Origin: Octopus bimaculoides
Taxonomy: Eukaryota
DNA: 58,844 nucleotides
Direction: 5' to 3'
Assembly (NCBI RefSeq): GCF_001194135.2
Contig: NC_068987.1
Coordinates: forward strand, 82,065,655-82,124,498
Every line of letters starts with the position of its first letter. Position 1 is the stretch's first letter. Of this stretch, positions 39,291-51,587 are shown piece after piece. Made by a program: the position numbers and the translations under genes. The notes below the pieces were generated by a model that was not told the origin of the DNA, ran no database searches, and worked only from the letters and a program-made list of their open reading frames with translations.

Positions 39291-41877
39291 ATCAGCCATA
39301 TCAAACTTACATGTTTGAAGAGATTAATGGTAGTTTGCATAAGCAAGAGTTAATTCAGTGATCTTGTTTAATGAACCACAGTATGAAATATTTAAGGCAT
39401 TAATGACTCTGTTTTAACTAAAATGGTTATATTGTTGCCAAGATCTCAACTAAAGAACTTTACCCCATTGAATGAATAATATTTTCTCCATTTACCATCA
39501 CTGCTTCTATCCTTAATGTTCTCTTGTTCAAAGTCCGTCTTTCAATACAATGAATGATTCTGTACAAAATGTGAAATATTTCTTCTCACAACATGGTAAC
39601 AAGCTTCACTTTCTGCTTTTTAATGAATATAATTCCGCCTTTGTTTACAAATGAATTTTAATTGCTTGTTTTATACATATGATGTCGTACAGTGTGTCCC
39701 AGCAACCTAAATAATAATAATAATAACAATAACGACAACAATAATAATGATGATGGTGGTGGTGGTGATAAATGCCCTGATGCAATACCAGGCAGTGGTT
39801 CTCATGGCTTCTGATCTTAACTGATTGGAAGTGTTATAATGTTCGTTGTTTTGTTTTGGTGTAAAAGATGAGCTACAGCAAATATTCTGCTCAATAAAAC
39901 AGATTTCCTTGTTAGTTGTTTGACCTTAACCAGTTGAGCATGTCCCTTGGTGGCTGACGATATGTGCATCTCTGATCACGAGCAGAAGTAGTGGGGGAGA
40001 TTCATAGCCATGTGTTGAGATGAATTTTTTTTTGGGGGGGGGGTTGAATAATTCACCTCTGAAAACATAGGTGTTTCGTTCAACATCCTTAAACAAATCC
40101 TATTCAGGGACCTTTTGAGTTGAATGGGCTACTCAACTTGAAGAAAATTCTAACTGGGTCCCACCTGCAAGGTCATGCACTGTTCATCTTGATATGAGAT
40201 CACCATGTCATGCACATATGGTTGTGATGCAGGTGCTCCTGGTGTACCCCTATCAGACAGGTAGTCATGATGGGTATATTGGGCTTTGTGTATTTGTACC
40301 CAGCATCACTTTGATGGCATGCACTGCTCTCTCGCTCAATGGCATTCTTCTTTTAATTTTGACTCTATATCTTCTGGAGGAATTATCTCAAACCTTTATA
40401 TATCAATAATAATAATAATAATAATAATAATAATCCTTTTTTCTATTAACACAAAGCCTGAAATTTTGGAGATGGGACTAGTCAATTATATTGTCCCCAG
40501 TGTTTCACTGGTACTCAATGTATCGACCCGAAAAGGATGAAAGGCAAAGTCAACCTCGGTGGAATTTGAACTAATAATAATATGATATGTAACCAAGAAT
40601 ATCAATTGACATTACCAGAATGATGAGTTTTATAAAATTAGGAAGTACAATGGTGACTTATTTGATTAACAAGACCATAGAAAAATATTAAATATTCAAT
40701 GAGTTATTTAGACTTCAACCTTCAAATTGTTCATTTAATTAAATGGAACACCTAAGGAAAAAAAAAAAATTAATCATGGCTTAGAAAACAGTTTTTCATT
40801 TTTTCAAGAACTTGTATTGTACCTTGACATAGACTATTAATTATCTTCAGAAAGAACTGTATTTGCAATATCTAATAGATTGTGACCTGGTCTTTTGGAC
40901 TATGAATATTGAGCTATATTTTATTTAGAGCAATTCAATGTCTACATGTCCAGTCACCAACCATTTTCAAAGAATAATTTATAGTATTAGACAAACTACA
41001 GACTTTCATTCAGATTTATTAGCTGCCTGGATATCCATTAACAAATCAGATGGTACAGCAGACAGTTAAATCATTCCCATGGGCATTTGAGCAGTCTTTA
41101 AATAATTTTATATTTAGATAGATAAATGTTTTATTTGACTATCAAATATATTACATTTGTAATTATATATTTTACAGTAATGGAGAGTTTAATATAATTT
41201 AGTTGCGTATATGTCCATTCGATGAAATAAAAGAGTGAAATAGCAAAATGAATAAGTTATTGGATTGCCTTTTCATATGTCATGGAAAATAACATATGAA
41301 AAATTATGTCTGTCAGAGGCTAACAGACTCATAAGGCCAGAGCTTTTGCTGGTTTCTGTGGCTTAAAAGCAGCAAAGAAAATGTTGCTTGTGTCAAGGGT
41401 CACCAATGTCACTTAATTTTTGGCAGTGCCATAGCTGAGTTGCTATCACAGTTGCTCCTGTTCAGGATGTTAGTCAGTTGTGAATTTTCCATGTACTATT
41501 GTTTTGTTAAATTTTCCATTTGTTTTGTTCTTTATATATTTATATAGAGAGAGAGAGAAAGAGAGAGGTGGGGAGAAGCAGACAGACAGATTTTATTCAG
41601 TGCTGAATTTGTCTACTAATTACTGCTCAGTGTTTCACATTCTCAATCATCAGAAGAATGGTTACAGGTTTATTTGAATGCCATTTATTTATGACTTGTT
41701 CCAGGATAAATCTAGCAAATTCTATTCACAGGACATTTGTCAATCTGATGCTGTTGTTGAAGATACTTGTTTCACTTCCACGCAGTGGGATTGAAACAGG
41801 AATCATATGTTCCGGATGCAAACTTCTTAACTACACACTCACTACCATGCTTATTTTTATGTTTAAACAGTGCACCA

Positions 41878-42496
41878 TTAACCCTCTCAGACCTGTGTCT
41901 ATCTTTACCCTCCACCTGGGTTCCTGAGCAAAAAAAAAAATAAATAGTTGCAAATACAGGTCAAGAGTAAGGATTGCAGGCAAATTAAGGGACAGAATCA
42001 CAAACAAACTCTGGAGGATAACTGTAATAGGCCTGTCTCTCAACTACCGTATTTGTTCACCTGAATCGCTACTTTCTTCATCTCTTTCACCAGTTTGATT
42101 CTCCAAATCACTCTCATTGCCAGCATAAGTGTAAATTCTTTGTCTGAAGAATAAATATCATTAATAATTTCCTCAACTGTCAAAAGTCTAAGCCTCGCTC
42201 TTTTACAAGACAAAGTGCTAGATTTGTCACGCACTTGTTTCATTGCAAAATTAGATTTGCTTTTCAATTAAAAACAAAAGTAAACAACAGTTATGAGGAA
42301 CACCATTGACGATTAGTCATAAACATACTTGACTACAGAGCTACAATGTGATCGGTTGTCCTATTTTAGTAGTTTATCTTCTGTATCTACATATGTTGTT
42401 TATTACCTCTTTACTAGGGATCCAGCAGAGATGATGTTTAAACAGAGATGATGTTTAAATTTCTGCTATAGCAGAAACATGGCATGACAGGGTTAA
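41878..42496 (-). mobile_element. Internally deleted piggyBac-like transposon with TTAA TSDs
   Basis: TTAA-CCCTCTCAGACC ... GGCATGACAGGG-TTAA; minus strand RLLTVEEIINDIYSSD then frameshifted acidic ESDLENQTGERDEESSDSG. Confidence 0.7.
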
Positions 42497-42799
42497 TTAC
42501 AAAAATGACCATTTTTATCACTACTGTTGGACCACTTTGCTACATTTGGGAATAAGGTTTAAATGGTTTATGAAACCTTAATGTCAGGGGTGACTGCATT
42601 TAGTGTTTTACTGTTTGTTTAAGAGACTAAGTGTTTAAGAAGCTCACTTCACAACCATGTAAATTTAGATTTAGTTCCACTGTGAGGTATTTATGCAAGT
42701 GTTTTCTGCTTTGGTCCCTGGCCAACTAACCAATGTCTTGTGAATAAATTTGGTATATAGAAACAGTAAGGAAGCCTATTGTTTATAAAAAGAAACTGA

Positions 42800-43375
42800 T
42801 GCTCCATCGGTTATGATAATGAGGGTTCTGGTTGATCTAATCAATGGAACAGTCTGCTCATAAAATCAATGTTCAAGTGACTGAGCATTCCACAGACATG
42901 GGTACTCTCAATGTAGTTCTTAGGGAGATTCAGTGTGACACTGAATGTGACAAGGCTGGCCCTTTGAAATGCAGGTACTACTCATTTTTGCCAGCTGAAT
43001 GGACTGGAGCAATGTGAGAGAAAGTAACTTGCTCAAGGATGTAATGTTCTGCTGGGGAATTGAACTCACAACGTTATGACTGTAAGACAACTACCCTAAC
43101 TATTAAGCTGTGAGCCTCCATTTTTTTCATTCAAAATCGTTGAGCCTTCTATAGACACCTGTACCCTTAACACAGTTCTCAGGGAGATTCAGTGTGACAC
43201 AGAATGTGACAAGGCCAGCCCTTTGAAATACAGGTACAACTCTCATCTTTGCCAGTTGAGTGGACTGGAGCAATGTGAAATAAAGTGTCTTGCTCAAGGT
43301 TACAATGCATTGTCAAGAATCGAACACATAACCTTACAATCACAAGCTGAATACTTTCATCACTTAAATACACAC
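42800..43375 (-). mobile_element. Two adjacent SINE family B copies
   Basis: Repeated GGGAGATTCAGTGTGACAC...CCCTTTGAAAT...GGACTGGAGCAATGTGA blocks. Confidence 0.7.
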
Positions 43376-43719
43376 CTTCACTATTCTTTGTGTGTGTGTG
43401 TGTGTGTGTGTGCATGCGTATCTTTGTGCTTGTGTTTGGCCACCCCCACCACTTGACAACCAGTGATGGTTTGTTTACATCCTGTGTCTTAGTAGTTTGG
43501 TAAAAGAGAATGATAAAATATGTATCAGATTTAAAAAAAAGTAAGTACTGGGATCAATTTGTTTCATTAAACCCTTCAAGGCAGCACCTCAGCATGGCTG
43601 CAATCCAATGACCGAGACAGCTAAAGGAATATCAGGACATTTGGATTCTATAGTACACAATGGACCTTAAAGTTCTCTGTATTAAGAATGGTACTACAAT
43701 GATTAGCTCAAATTCCCCT

Positions 43720-44080
43720 AATTGTAAATAAATTCCAATAATTTGTGGCAGGACAATATCTTAAAAGCTGTGGGATAGAATGAACTAATTTCCCATCATT
43801 CAAGAAATTCTGAAAAGGAAATTTGGTTGGATCGGTCACCACTCTAAGGAGACCTCTAAGCAGCATTTCAAGACCAGTGTTAGACTGGCAACCTGTAGGA
43901 GAGAGGAAAGTGGGACAACCTAAGAAGACCTAGAAAAGATGTGTGGAGGATGAAGTGAAAGTAATCAGTCTCTCTCGGTTGGTCTGAAATCAAGTAAATG
44001 GCCCAAGGTTACATCTATTGACAGGAAATAGTCATGGTCCTATGCTCCTTACAGAGTTATGTGGAATAACTAACTAACTA
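43720..44080 (+). pseudogene. RTE-clade LINE 3' fragment (BovB/SR2-like) with (TAAC)n tail
   Basis: IQEILKRKFGWIGH...VLDWQPVGERKVGQPKKT...CVEDEVK; TAACTAACTAAC. Confidence 0.7.
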
Positions 44081-44110
44081 TGCCCACGAAAGGGTTAAAT
44101 TAGTCAGGAC

Positions 44111-44493
44111 AAGAGTCAAAAGGAAGAGTAAGTACGGTTAGGTAGCTTTTTAATCGCTACAAATGTTTCGATACATACAGATCCCCATATATTGCAGTTC
44201 ATGTCGAACATGATAAGACACTCATACTGAACGAAATGAAACTGTCAGCGTTTGCTAGTTTCAAAGAAGAAGCCATGGATGTTGTAGCATGGAAATCTAG
44301 ATTTACTTACGGAGACAGCAGCTGAGTGTCACCTGAGGAGATACATATAGATCTTCTTGTACAGGTAAATCGTTAAATAATTTAATTTAAACTTAACTTT
44401 AAATCCTGTGTATACGAGGATCTGTATATGTATCGAAACATTTGTAGCGATTAAAAAGCTGCCTAACCGTACTTACTCTTCCTTTTGACTCTT
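44111..44493. mobile_element. Inverted-arm element containing a hammerhead (Penelope-like, family 1)
   Basis: Arms 44111-44184 and 44418-44493 differ by one substitution and one 2-nt indel. Confidence 0.85.
44328..44451 (+). ncRNA. Type I hammerhead ribozyme with canonical core and very long stem II
   Basis: GUCAC-CUGAGGA-GAUACAUAUA...UAUAUGUAUC-GAAA-C-AUUU-G-UA-GCGAU; predicted cleavage after A44446. Confidence 0.85.
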
Positions 44494-44995
44494 CTACTTT
44501 TTACTTTCACTCACAAGAAATACCTAAGACTAGAATCGGTAGCATACCATAAGAATACTACAGGCTATTTGGGAATTCTAAGAGTGAAGGAGCTCTATTT
44601 GTACTCTTATATGTTCTTAACAGAACACACCTCNNNNNNNNNNNNNNNNNNNNNNNNNNNNNNNNNNNNNNNNNNNNNNNNNNNNNNNNNNNNNNNNNNN
44701 NNNNNNNNNNNNNNNNNNNNNNNNNNNNNNNNNNNNNNNNNNNNNNNNNNNNNNNNNNNNNNNNNNNNNNTATATATAAATATATATATAAATATACATA
44801 AAAAAATAATATATATATATATATGTAAATATATATAAAAAAATATATATATAAATATATGTAAATATATATAAATATATATAAATATATATATATATAT
44901 ATAAAGGAGAATGTACGAAAAAAAAAACAACAGACGAGGACAGGTGGTGTAAGCAATAAAAGATGTATTAGTATGACGCTCGGGAATGCGGAAAG

Positions 44996-45032
44996 TCTTT
45001 AACGTTTCGAGCTACGCTCTTCAACTGAAAGA
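44996..45032 (-). ncRNA. Minimal hammerhead, family 3 copy 1 (element ~44903-45070)
   Basis: UCUUU-CAGUUGA-A-GAGC/GUA/GCUC-GAAA-CG-UU-AAAGA. Confidence 0.6.
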
Positions 45033-46166
45033 TTACGGAGAAAACAAGGAGAAAAACACGGAGAAAAAAAATTGAATGGTTGTAGGTCGACGATGTATAT
45101 ATGAATATCATCTTATAAAAACATTTGGTATTATTGATAAATGTAAAATCTCTTCATTCTACAGAATCAGATTTATTAAACAAAGTCAATAAAGAATGAA
45201 GTGCTTGATTAAATCAAATATCACAAGTATCATATTTATAAGACAGAAATAGCACCACTTCCTGATATTTAAGGCAAAGGTTATTCAACAGAGAAACATG
45301 AAATATAAGTCATTAGATCTGACCTTCATATTGTACAATCAGTGTTGAAAGATAAACATTTTAATAAGAAGATCTGGCCATTTAAAAAAATAAAAATTTT
45401 CCAAGATAAAAATCTCTGAAGTAAAATGTATTTAAATGTACAGCAGCTAAAAGTAATAGATTTCACCCTAGATAATTCACAGGTGCTGATATCACATGAT
45501 CTCCAAATATCTTCATATCGGGATCAATCTTCTGTGACAAAGGGAATTACTTTCGCTCTTTTATAACCCTTAGGTGATATCAGCACAGCAATAAATTTTG
45601 TGTGGGCAGGAAAACTTGTGTACAACATTAATAAATAGATTCTTAAACTGTCCTCTGATGTTCATTGGTTTCCTGTATCCTCTTTTCTTCAAATATACAG
45701 TGGTATATTCTGGGAGATATGAGTAGTATGTGATGATACCATCTTTAATCTGTTTCTTGTGTTGTGATATATTGTGTTTGATTTTGTTATGTTCCACTCT
45801 TATTACGTACAATTTAAACCATATGATATAAAATATTGATATACATAACGTTCCGCTTCACTTATCAGATGATTGAACGCTTAATGTATTATTTACAAAC
45901 ATAATCTGTGCAAAAACCAGATATGGACACACAGAGACAACTATAAATTTACAATTCCCTTCACACACACACACACACTCATATACAAAGGCACACTTAG
46001 ACACACGTGCATGCATATGTACACATGCATATACATACACATATACATACCCATATACGCGCACACACACACACATTTAGGAAGAAAGGAAGAGAGAGAG
46101 GGGGAGAAATAGAGGTATGTGTAGATATGCATATATACTTACAAGCGTATGTATGTATATATGTAC

Positions 46167-46260
<94 letters not shown>

Positions 46261-46703
46261 GTTTTTATGTGCATATGTATATTCCTTTATTCTTTACTGA
46301 CTTTGAGTTTTGGGTTGCTGCCATGCTGGGCTACAACCACCTAAGATTTTAATTGATAATATCAAACCTTGTACTTTGATCTCTTATATTTATAGACCTT
46401 AAATGGTTTAAGTTTTAATTTGGTATTAGTGGGACACAGGCTAAATACTACACCACAGTAATTTTTGTTGCTTGGTTGTTATTCCTCACCACCACACACA
46501 TACACATTATTATCAGTTTCATCATCATTATTGGTTTTTAAATCTGCTTTTTCACGGTGGCATGGGTTGGATGGGTCTTTTTGAGCCAGTGTTTTATCAT
46601 TAGATGTTAATGTTTTTTAGTCACCTCTTATGACATACAGGGATATGGTGTAGCTATTCTAATAATTGAGATATGCCAAGTATTATATATATATATATAT
46701 AAA

Positions 46704-47623
46704 TACAGGGTGCGGTGAATAAACTGTCATTTGAATTATGAAGAAATGAAAATAACACTGATATCTCATTTTAACAGATATATTTACCAAAATTACATAA
46801 AAATATCTTGAAATACTAAAGAGTAAATTTATTCAATAAAATCACCATTGGCTTCAACCACGGCCTCCAGATGACTTCGGAATCTGCTGTAACTCTTTTG
46901 GACAGTCTCCTTGTTTAAGTTGGTGAACGCTGCCATAACCCTTGTCTTCAGTTCATCTTTGGTGTTACAAGGTGTTTTGTTGGTCTCTCATTCAACTGTG
47001 CCCCACACATAATAATGAAGGGGGTTTCAGTCTGGAGAGTTAGGTGGCCAGATGTTAGGGGTGATGTGGTTACAGAAATTGTCTGACAGCCACGACTGGG
47101 TTCTCTTGCTCGTGTGGCATGGTGCAGAGTCCTGTTGTCAGACATAGGCTTTTCCAGCAGTCACCCTCTTGACCCAGGGCAGCACTACCTTCTCCGGGCA
47201 CTTGATGTAGGACTCTGTGTTAAGTCTGAAGCTGTGTGGGAAGATGAATGGAGACATATCATCACCATCACTAGTAATCACTCTAAACACCATGACGTTG
47301 ACTGGATGTTTGATTTTTATCACTCTTGATACATGTCCTCAGACTGCACTGTCCTCAGACTGCACTGTCCTCAGACTGCACTGTCCTCAGATTGACACCA
47401 AAACATTCTGTTTGTATTGGAGCTTCCAGCACTAATTCCAAGCAGTACAACATGATGCTTCCAAATTTCTGACAGGGTGAATTACTTCATGATGCTGTTT
47501 TTCTCACACACAGTGCCCAACTGACCCTATTATACTGTGTAGACGACAAAATCAAAAACAAACAGTGTGCATGCATAAAATAAAAAAAATAAAATGGTAC
47601 CAATTTACTCATTGCACTCTGTA
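46704..47623 (-). mobile_element. Internally deleted DD37D/maT transposon with TIRs and TA TSD
   Basis: TIRs TACAGGGTGCGGTGAATAAACT / AATTTACTCATTGCACTCTGTA; QQDSAPCH...WPPNSPD...YVWG catalytic motifs. Confidence 0.9.
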
Positions 47624-47653
47624 TATCTGGTCACATGTTCCTTTTCAACCTTT

Positions 47654-47693
<40 letters not shown>

Positions 47694-48209
47694 NNNNNNN
47701 NNNNNNNNNNNNNNNNNNNNNNNNNNNNNNNNNNNNNNNNNNNNNNNNNNNNNNNNNNNNNNNNNNNNNNNNNNNNNNNNNNNNNNNNNNNNNNNNNNNN
47801 NNNNNNNNNNNNNNNNNNNNNNNNNNNNNNNNNNNNNNNNNNNNNNNNNNNNNNNNNNNNNNNNNNNNNNNNNNNNNNNNNNNNNNNNNNNNNNNNNNNN
47901 NNNNNNNNNNNNNNNNNNNNNNNNNNNNNNNNNNNNNNNNNNNNNNNNNNNNNNNNNNNNNNNNNNNNNNNNNNNNNNNNNNNNNNNNNNNNNNNNNNNN
48001 NNNNNNNNNNNNNNNNNNNNNNNNNNNNNNNNNNNNNNNNNNNNNNNNNNNNNNNNNNNNNNNNNNNNNNNNNNNNNNNNNNNNNNNNNNNNNNNNNNNN
48101 NNNNNNNNNNNNNNNNNNNNNNNNNNNNNNNNNNNNNNNNNNNNNNNNNNNNNNNNNNNNNGTAAACAACAAAAGGATGCATTAGTTTAATGCTCGGGAA
48201 TACAGAAAG

Positions 48210-48246
48210 TCTTTAACGTTTTGAGCTACGCTCTTCAACAGAAAGA
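48210..48246 (-). ncRNA. Minimal hammerhead, family 3 copy 2 (element ~48162-48310)
   Basis: UCUUU-CUGUUGA-A-GAGC/GUA/GCUC-AAAA-CG-UU-AAAGA; G12>A at a CpG. Confidence 0.6.
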
Positions 48247-48310
48247 ATACGGAGAAAACAAGGAGAAAAACACGGAGAAAAAAAAACATGGAGAAAAAAA
48301 ATATACAGAG

Positions 48311-48352
<42 letters not shown>

Positions 48353-49149
48353 GGGAGAGAGAGGGGGAAAGAGAGAAATGAACAATGAATTTGGTATAAA
48401 TTTAGATAAGAAAGTAAAGATATACTAAATACTATACAAGATGAATTCCTGGTTTATTGAAACCATCATTATATCAAGAAAATCTAAATAAACACCATGT
48501 CACACTACAAATGAGAAGGTGAGATTAGCTAAAGAAATCAACATCAATTTACTGAATTCAAATGGTATAAAAGAAAAGACAATTTTGTTTTCTTTCTGGC
48601 AGGAAGAAAACAGCTGGATGACAGTGCATTGATAGAGGTGATAGAAATCTGATAAAAATTTCCTGTGGTATTTTATAATTCACTTTACATTCTGGGTTCA
48701 AATCCTGCTGAGGTCAACTCTGCTTTTTCCTCTATTTGGATTAATAAAATGAAAATTAAGTACAACTTAAACATTAGATTTTAATTGAGTGGCCTCTGTC
48801 TCCTACATAGTAGATTAGAGGGCAAGTTAGTGATCAAATTAGAAAAGACAATTAAAAAACTCGTTAACAATGGGATCATGGCAACAATGACCTTCAGCCA
48901 TTTCTTCAATGCAAAATACAAATATAACATTATGAAATATCTTATGCATATGCGTAAATACAAAGGAATGAAAATCACTTGATAGGCCACAGTGGTAGAA
49001 ATTCAATGTGGGTAACAGAGTCATAATAAGTCTTTGATGAACTGGGACAGGCCTGTATGACTCAATTCACTGCAGATGTGTACGGTTTGCTGGGGACATT
49101 TTGCACAACTGTTCTGGGCAGGCAGTTGACTGATAATAGACTTTAGAGC

Positions 49150-49402
49150 CTGTGTTGGATGGTCTCTTACAGCTGTTGGCAGTTGCAGAGTGGTTGTGTA
49201 AAGTCAATAGCAGCAACTGAGATACAGCTGGCATTAAGTGGCTGTATGAGGGACAAATCATCCAGTTCGGATGGTCTACCTTGCTAGACTTGTTCATTGA
49301 AGTCTTGGCAGATGTCTACTGCAACTAGCAGCAAAATGGGGGAATTACCATTTCTGTGACCTGAGGAGTGGTAACACTTTTGAAAAAAGGGTGCAGACAA
49401 TG
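49150..49402 (+). pseudogene. Tx1/L1-clade reverse transcriptase remnant
   Basis: TEIQLALSGCMRDKSSSSDGLP...DLFIEVLADVYCN*QQNGGI...GVVTLLKKG. Confidence 0.7.
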
Positions 49403-50269
49403 AAGATTAATTTATCATTCAAGTTTTATAACTTCTCAAGACTAATGGCATTTATGTTCCAGGAATCTAATCTAAACAGTCAGTGGAAAAATAAGTGTCA
49501 AAAAGCCACCAAATCATTTCATATTTGACTTTTATTGCTTGTACTAATATGATATCATCTTTTTATCATTTTTATATGAGGGATACCAACGACGGCAACC
49601 ACAAGTTGCTGACCCCTTCATGTTCAAGAAGGGTTATTTTAATTAGACTTGCTAGAAATTACTTCGTTTTTATTTATTCAAGTAAGTTTAGTGTTATTAT
49701 TTTACTACATTTATGCATCTATATATATTTTCTCAGTTTATGTGGCATTTCAAAGGAATGATTAGTTTTTGTAAATATTTATTTAGGGAAAATTGCAACT
49801 CTGGGACAACACAATGACAGCAGGTATATTTAGAGAATAAACACAGGGCTAGTGTTTCCCCGGCAGACTTTTATCTCATCATGTATTGAATTCCTATAAT
49901 GCTGGAGGATATTTGGTGTAAAAAAAAATTACGACTAAAATTTGTTTTATCTTATTTGTGTGTATGTGTGTGAGCATGTGTATGTAAGTGTGTGTGTGTG
50001 TGGGGGGGGTCGCTTATGTTTGCACTTATCTGAAAAATCACTGAACTACAAACAATAAGGTTGCTGTCATTTCCCCTTTCAGCAAATCATTCAATGGCAT
50101 TGAGACTTTGAAAACTTGTTGAATAAGAATTTCTTTTACTTGAAAAACAGGTAAGCATTAAAAACAAGAAGGCCATCTAAATATAAAGCTATGTCTCAAT
50201 AAAACATTTATCTAACCCATGCTAGCATAGAAAAATGGACATAAAAATAAAGGAGTGAATATTTGCCCT

Positions 50270-50583
50270 TATTTCCATTGCTGGATATTTTTGTTGCCAG
50301 TGCCGCTGGACTGGCTCCTGTGCAGGTGGCACATAAAAAACACCATTTTCAGTGTTGCCGTTGCCAGTACCGCCTGATTGGCCTTCATGCCGGTGGCACG
50401 CAAAAGCACCCACTATACTCTCGGAGTGGTTGGTGTTAGGAAGTGCATCCAACTGTAGAACCTCTGCCAGATCAGATTGGAGCCTGGTGCAGCCATCTGG
50501 TCCACCAGTCCTCAGTCAAATCGTCCAACCCATACTAGCATGGAAAGCGGACATCAAACGATGATGATGATGATGATGATGAT
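50270..50583 (+). mobile_element. RTE-LINE 3' end with (GAT)n tail
   Basis: Same family. Confidence 0.8.
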
Positions 50584-50839
50584 TTTCAAAAATACTTGTC
50601 TCATAAATTATTGTTTCAAAATATTGTTTCTGTCTCGAAATATTCATCTCAATATTTTCAAAAATATTTGTCACAAAAAATTTCTCTCAATAAATTTCAT
50701 CTGAGCCATGAAAGCATAGAAAAGTGGATGTTAAAGTGATGATGATGAATTCAAAGTGTGTTATGCTATTGGGTGATGTTTATATGGAGTTTGTGTTTAG
50801 TGTATTCTACAGACACAGTAAAAGCAATATGATTTGTAT

Positions 50840-51370
50840 TCATCATCATCATCATTGTCATTTAACATCCGTTTTCCATACTGGCATGGGTTGGACGGTG
50901 TCAACCTGGAGCACTGTACCAGATTCTGGTTGTCTGTTTTGGCATGGTTCCTATGGCTGGATGCTCTTCTTAATGCCAACCACTTTACAGAGTGTACTGA
51001 GTGCTTTTCATGTGGTGCCAGTAGGGCTGCTTTTTATGTTGCACAAAGACAGGTGCTTTTTATGTGGTACCAGTAGAGGGGCTTTTTACATGGTGCCAGC
51101 ACATGTGCTTTTTACGTGGCACCAGCACAGGTACTTTTTACGTGGCACCAGCAGATCTGCTTTTTATGTGGTGCCAGCAGAAGTGCCTTTTTTGTGGCAC
51201 CAGCATAGGTGCTTTTATGTCACACCAACACAATTGCTTTTTACCTGGTGCCAAAACATGTGCTTTTTACATGGTGCCAGTACAGGCTTCTTTTTATGTG
51301 GCACCAGCACAGGTACTTTTTACGTGGTGCCAGCACAGGTGCTTTTTATGTGGCACAAACATAGGTGCCA
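50840..51370 (-). mobile_element. RTE 3' end whose ~26-bp unit is expanded to about 14 copies (51010-51370)
   Basis: Consensus TTTTTAYGTGGYRCCAGCACAGGTGC. Confidence 0.8.
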
Positions 51371-51551
51371 CATACTAATCGGACACAGACAAAGTGTCAT
51401 TAGCCAGCTGAAGGAGATGTCCTCCTGGGGCTAAAAACAACAGTAGCATCGTCTTCTATGGGACCGCCACATTTAGCTGGCAATTATATTTTACAATATA
51501 TAGATTGATAGCCACTACACATTTTTTCTCTCCTTCTTTCTTTCTGTGTTC

Positions 51552-51587
51552 CTTTCTGTAGAAGAGCGTAGGCTCGAAACATTAAAG
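51552..51587 (+). ncRNA. Minimal hammerhead, family 3 copy 3 (element ~51526-51675)
   Basis: CUUU-CUGUAGA-A-GAGC/GUAG/GCUC-GAAA-CA-UU-AAAG. Confidence 0.6.

Noticed and set aside
49361-49390. CUGAGGA-GUG/GUAA/CAC-UUUU-GAAA hammerhead look-alike
   Set aside because: Four extra U before GAAA, no stem I or stem III, and it lies within Tx1 RT coding sequence
51010-51370. CRISPR-like periodic array
   Set aside because: Degenerate head-to-tail units with no unique spacers, no cas genes, eukaryotic LINE context
50724-51434. Longest plus-strand ORF without Ns (236 aa)
   Set aside because: Lies wholly in an antisense RTE 3' UTR and its minisatellite; no domain signature
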